Shown here: positions 60,029-64,000 of the stretch, one piece after another
Numbering within the stretch: position 1 is the first letter of the stretch
How the letters are laid out: each line of letters opens with the position of its first letter
DNA from: Blastocatellia bacterium
GTDB taxonomy: Bacteria > Acidobacteriota > Blastocatellia > RBC074
Assembly (NCBI GenBank): GCA_035652435.1
Contig: DASRDU010000099.1
Span: forward strand, 130,453-194,452
Length of the DNA: 64,000 bases
Direction: 5' to 3'
Translations under genes and position numbers: made by a program
The notes under the pieces: model-generated
The model's database searches: none
Seen by the model: only the letters and a program-made list of their open reading frames with translations
Told to the model about the DNA's origin: nothing

Positions 60029-63000
60029 TTGAAGTTTCTGAACAGATTTCTTGTCCTGTCCTGTCTCTTAAGCTTGTTTGTTGGAACCGCAACAGCTCAG
60101 AACGCTCTCGGGCGCATTGCCGGAACCGTGAGGGATCAGGCTGGCGCCGTAGTTCCCGGGGCAAAAGTGACTCTCACCAACGAAACCACCGGACAACTGA
60201 TCCAGACGACGACCTCGAATAATGAGGGTGTGTTCCTGTTTCCACAGCTGACGCCATCCTCCTACACCGTCAGGATCGAGATGGCCGGATTCAAGTCAGT
60301 CGCTTATAACGAAGTGAAGGTTGACCCCGGACAGGAGTATTCGCTCGTAGCGTCTTTGGAAGTCGGACAGGCCGGCGAGGTCGTTCAGGTCACGGCCGGG
60401 GCCGATCTGGTCAACACCAGCAATCCGGAAATCAACAATACTGTCATCCGCCGTCAGATTGTTGACCTGCCGCTGAATGGTCGCAACCCGATTGAACTGA
60501 TCAGACTTCAGGCCGGTGTCGTCGGGCTGCCCACGCGCACCAACACAACGATCAACGGCGGTCGCCCGACCTGGACGCAGCTGACGCAGGACGGCATCAA
60601 CATACAGGACAACTTCATCCGCACCAACTCGCTTGACTTTGTCCCCAATCGCCCGACCACGGATACGATTGCCGAGTTCACCATCACTACCAATACCCAG
60701 GGCGCAGATTCAGCCGGCGGGGCTTCTCAGGTCAAACTGGTGACGCCCGCAGGAACCAACCAGTTTCATGGCAGCCTTTACGAGTTCAACCGCAACTCGG
60801 CTTTCGCTGCCAACAGCTGGTTCAATAACCGGACGATAAATGCCAGCACCGGTAAATCCGTCCCGCGTCCTTTCCTCAACCGCAATCAGTTTGGCGGTAA
60901 TATCAGCGGGCCGGTGCTTGTTCCGAAGAAAGTTTTCGGCCCGCTCGGTGGCTGGAATGACAACAAGGATAAACTCTTCTTCTTCTTTAGCTATGAAGGC
61001 TTCCGCCAACGCACTCAGACGACACAGAACAATACGATCCCGGCAAATAATGATTTCCTGACCGGCGTGTTCAGATATGTACGCCCGAGTGATAGTTCAG
61101 TACAGGCAGTCAATGTTCTCTCCATCCTGCCGGGGGTAACACTGGATCCCAAGGTGAAGAACCTGCTTCTGGATCCGGTGCCGCCTGCATCCCAGGTCAA
61201 CAACTTTGACGTGGGTAACTCGACCGCAACACGTATCCTCAACACGGCGGGCTACCGGTTCAATCAGGGCGACGTGAACGACCGTAACCAGTACGGCTTC
61301 CGCTTTGATTATCAGGCGAATGAAAGGCATCGTTTTGAGTTCATCCACACCCATTTCAAGGAAATAGATGACCGCACCGATCTTGATTTAATTAACCAGC
61401 GCCCCAAGGTCTTCACCGATGCCAATGTCAGGTTGTATGTCGGCGCCTGGCGCTGGACGGTCACGCCGAAGCTGCAGAATGAATTGCGCATCGGCGCAAA
61501 CCTGGCGCCGGTGGATTTCAAGTCGAATGAGAATTTCAGCGGGTTTATCTGGAATATTCCCTTCCTCACTCTCCGCGAGGCGAACTTCCAGCCTCAGGGA
61601 CGCAACACGCGGACGTTTCAGTACATTGACAACGCTTCGTACGTCGCCGGCAATCACTCGCTCCAGTTCGGCGGCAGCCTCCAGCGGATCAAGGTTAACC
61701 CTTACAACTTTGCCGGGCGGTTCCCGACTGTGAATTTTGGCTTCAGTTCTGCTGCCCCTGCCAGTGTTCAGTTGACTGCGGCGAACTTCCCGGGCGGGTC
61801 AATCAGTGCCACTGATCTGGCCAACGCGAATGCGTTGCGGACTTTCCTCGGAGGTGTCGTCAGTTCGGTATCACAAACCTTCCAGGTCAAAGACAAAACT
61901 TCCGGCTTCGTCGGCGGCATTCCGAATGACCGTAACTTCATCCTCGACAACTGGTCGTCTTACCTGCAGGATAACTGGCGCATCAGGCCCAATCTCAGTC
62001 TTCGCCTCGGGTTGAAGTGGGAATATTTCAGTCCACTCAGGGAGGAAGACGATCTGCAACTCCTGCCCGTCATCAGCGGGGATGTGAGATCAACCCTGCT
62101 TAGCCAGAACGCGACACTTGATTTCGTCAAGGGCGATTTCTACAAAAAGGATCTCAACAATTTCGGCCCCTCAGTCGGCTTCGCATGGGATCCGTTCAAG
62201 GACGGTAAGACTTCAGTTCGCGCGGGCTACACTATGACCTTCGTCAATGAGGAGACCATTACCGTCGGACGCGCCGCCTCAAACAGTAACAGCGGGTTGT
62301 CAACGGGGGCATCGCTGCTTAATCAGTATGCTACCGTTAATGCTGGCGTCCCTGTCATCCCCACGCCGACCTTCAAGGTTCCCCGCACTTATGCTGATCA
62401 GCTGGCGCTGAGTCTGACTTCCAGCGCGTTCGCGATTGATCCCAATATCAAACAGCCGTACGTTCACCAGATCAGTTTCAGTATTGAACGTGAATTGTTC
62501 TGGGATCTGGCGGTTGAGGGACGCTACGTCAGCACGATGGGCAGAGATGTCTGGCGTGGCATTGAGCTGAATCAGCTCGGTTTCAGTAACGCCTTCCTGC
62601 AGGATTTCCTGAAGGCGCGCAGCAACGGATTTATTGCGCTCAACACTCCGGCCACGACCCCGGGCTGCACGGCTGCAACCTGCGGCGTCTTCAACCCCGA
62701 TTACAATGCCAACCTGCCGGGCAGCCAGCAAATCCCTGAGATAACAAAATTTGGTGGTGGCCTGCTGACTCAGGCCGCCGTCAGAAGTGCGATTCAGACA
62801 GGGCAACCGGCCAGCTTGGCCAGCACTTACATCACTTCCACCGCCAGCCGCAGTGCGGCCTTGGGAGCGGGCTTCCTGCCGAATCCGGGTATTTTCGGCG
62901 CGGGCCTGATTCTGAACGGAGGGACGACTGATTATCACGCTTTCCAGGGTGAAATTCGCCGCCGCTTCAAGAACGGCATCTTTGGTCAGATGAACTATAC

Positions 63001-63745
63001 CTTCAGCAAGGTGCTGACCAACTCAGCTGGCACCGCGCAGAATCGGTTCGAGCCTTACGTTGACAATGCGCGTTCTGAGATTGACAAAACGCGTGCCGAG
63101 TTCGACGTGACTCACGTGATCAATGCCAGCATGATTTATGAACTTCCCTTCGGGAGGGGGAAACGTTTCCTCGGCAACACAAACGGTGTTTTCGATCGGA
63201 TCATCGGAGGCTGGCAGGTCAGTTCGATCGTCCACTATCAGAGTGGCGCCCCGATCTCCATCCTGTCAGGGCGCGGCACGTTCAGTAACACCGGGAGCAA
63301 TCCTGCCGTTTCGACTCTGACGCGTGACCAGATCAAGGACCTGTTTGGCATCCGCAAGATGCCCGACGGCCGGGTGTTTTACATTGACCCCAAAGTCACT
63401 GATCCGGCTACCGGGCGCGCAGTGGGGGCTGATAATCTCGGCAACACTGCCGGGTTCAGCGGTCAGGTCTTCTTCCACCCCACAGCCGGAAATATAGGCA
63501 CGTTACAGCGATTGCAGTTTGATGGCCCGTCTCAGACCTCCTGGGACTTCTCGGCGATCAAACGCATCCGTTTCGATGCTGAAGGGGTAAGGAATCTGGA
63601 GTTCCGCGCTGACTTCTTCAACTTCCTCAATCACCCCCTCTTCTTTGTGGGCGATTACAACATTGACAGTACTCAGTTCGGAAGAATCACGAGTCTGAAC
63701 TTCGGCGCGCGCGTCGTGCAGCTTTCTTTGAAGTTCAATTTCTAG
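60029..63745 (+). CDS. TonB-dependent outer-membrane receptor with N-terminal carboxypeptidase-regulatory-like domain
   Basis: TTG start after AGGAGG. Signal peptide. IAGTVRDQAGAVVPGAKVTLTN (CarbopepD_reg-like). Plug region. Very long beta-barrel with a C-terminal aromatic residue (KFNF). Architecture is typical of Acidobacteria and Bacteroidetes. Confidence 0.85.
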   Translation: MKFLNRFLVLSCLLSLFVGTATAQNALGRIAGTVRDQAGAVVPGAKVTLTNETTGQLIQTTTSNNEGVFLFPQLTPSSYTVRIEMAGFKSVAYNEVKVDPGQEYSLVASLEVGQAGEVVQVTAGADLVNTSNPEINNTVIRRQIVDLPLNGRNPIELIRLQAGVVGLPTRTNTTINGGRPTWTQLTQDGINIQDNFIRTNSLDFVPNRPTTDTIAEFTITTNTQGADSAGGASQVKLVTPAGTNQFHGSLYEFNRNSAFAANSWFNNRTINASTGKSVPRPFLNRNQFGGNISGPVLVPKKVFGPLGGWNDNKDKLFFFFSYEGFRQRTQTTQNNTIPANNDFLTGVFRYVRPSDSSVQAVNVLSILPGVTLDPKVKNLLLDPVPPASQVNNFDVGNSTATRILNTAGYRFNQGDVNDRNQYGFRFDYQANERHRFEFIHTHFKEIDDRTDLDLINQRPKVFTDANVRLYVGAWRWTVTPKLQNELRIGANLAPVDFKSNENFSGFIWNIPFLTLREANFQPQGRNTRTFQYIDNASYVAGNHSLQFGGSLQRIKVNPYNFAGRFPTVNFGFSSAAPASVQLTAANFPGGSISATDLANANALRTFLGGVVSSVSQTFQVKDKTSGFVGGIPNDRNFILDNWSSYLQDNWRIRPNLSLRLGLKWEYFSPLREEDDLQLLPVISGDVRSTLLSQNATLDFVKGDFYKKDLNNFGPSVGFAWDPFKDGKTSVRAGYTMTFVNEETITVGRAASNSNSGLSTGASLLNQYATVNAGVPVIPTPTFKVPRTYADQLALSLTSSAFAIDPNIKQPYVHQISFSIERELFWDLAVEGRYVSTMGRDVWRGIELNQLGFSNAFLQDFLKARSNGFIALNTPATTPGCTAATCGVFNPDYNANLPGSQQIPEITKFGGGLLTQAAVRSAIQTGQPASLASTYITSTASRSAALGAGFLPNPGIFGAGLILNGGTTDYHAFQGEIRRRFKNGIFGQMNYTFSKVLTNSAGTAQNRFEPYVDNARSEIDKTRAEFDVTHVINASMIYELPFGRGKRFLGNTNGVFDRIIGGWQVSSIVHYQSGAPISILSGRGTFSNTGSNPAVSTLTRDQIKDLFGIRKMPDGRVFYIDPKVTDPATGRAVGADNLGNTAGFSGQVFFHPTAGNIGTLQRLQFDGPSQTSWDFSAIKRIRFDAEGVRNLEFRADFFNFLNHPLFFVGDYNIDSTQFGRITSLNFGARVVQLSLKFNF

Positions 63746-63802
63746 TGACACCTCACTGTCATTGGATCGGGATGCGCAATCCTGCGATGACGTACAGTCG
63801 AA

Positions 63803-63848
63803 GGGAAGGCCGGGGCTGATATTGCTCCGGCCTTCCCGTTTTTATTTA
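63803..63848 (+). terminator. Rho-independent terminator after the TonB-dependent receptor gene
   Basis: GGGAAGGCCGG-(loop)-CCGGCCTTCCC followed by GTTTTTATTTA. Confidence 0.75.
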
Positions 63849-63913
63849 CGACTCGTGCAATTACTGAGCGTCTCATAATTTGCTAAACTTTTCTGACATG
63901 CTAAAACTACCGC

Positions 63914-64000
63914 ATGTCAAAGCACCAATCATCAACCGGCTGGAAAGAAAGACGTCGCCTCCAGGCACTTGAACTCAAGCGCCAGGGCTGGAAGCAAAAA
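63914..64000 (+). CDS. Partial ORF (N-terminus only): possible HTH protein / IS-family transposase N-terminal domain
   Basis: MSKHQSSTGWKERRRLQALELKRQGWKQK... runs to the window end. The ...RRRAxELxxQGWKQ pattern is reminiscent of the N-terminal HTH of IS630-like transposases. Preceded by AT-rich DNA. Confidence 0.3.
   Translation, partial: MSKHQSSTGWKERRRLQALELKRQGWKQK

Overview
High-GC bacterial chromosomal segment, roughly mid-60s % GC judged by eye. It may derive from an Acidobacteria-like organism, inferred only from the GC content and from a 1238-aa TonB-dependent receptor with an N-terminal carboxypeptidase-regulatory-like domain. Gene density is high on both strands.

Recognisable housekeeping genes include ubiE, tldD and pmbA, queF, clpS-clpA, a cyclophilin and a quinone oxidoreductase. 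There are two two-component systems: a HAMP histidine kinase with a sigma54-dependent NtrC-family regulator, and a LytS/LytTR pair. A long tract of SDR, thiolase, GNAT, DJ-1, APH-kinase, LLM-oxidoreductase, aminotransferase and nitrilase-family genes follows. Around it sits a set of secreted hydrolases: three paralogous neutral-ceramidase-like proteins, a PIG-L deacetylase, a PHP-like hydrolase and a carboxylesterase. The window also holds a flotillin/SPFH protein with an internally triplicated segment, and a 1944-aa secreted HEAT + transglutaminase-like + TPR protein.

Most worth a second look are two conspicuously lower-GC insertions. The first is a 131-aa Cys-rich zinc-ribbon ORF wedged exactly between tldD and pmbA. 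The second is a three-gene island: a small zinc-ribbon protein, a 333-aa unknown protein, and a gamma-class N6-adenine DNA methyltransferase whose start overlaps the preceding gene by 4 nt. This looks like an uncharacterised restriction-modification or defence cassette.

Other unexplained structure includes a 153-bp MITE-like element with perfect 28-bp terminal inverted repeats. A REP-like long palindromic repeat occurs in two intergenic sites about 13.6 kb apart. There is also a homopurine/homopyrimidine tract, an AT-rich leader before the TonB receptor, and a probable transposase-like N-terminus at the right edge. I recognised no rRNA, tRNA or CRISPR array. The many long ORFs antisense to real genes are treated as high-GC artefacts.
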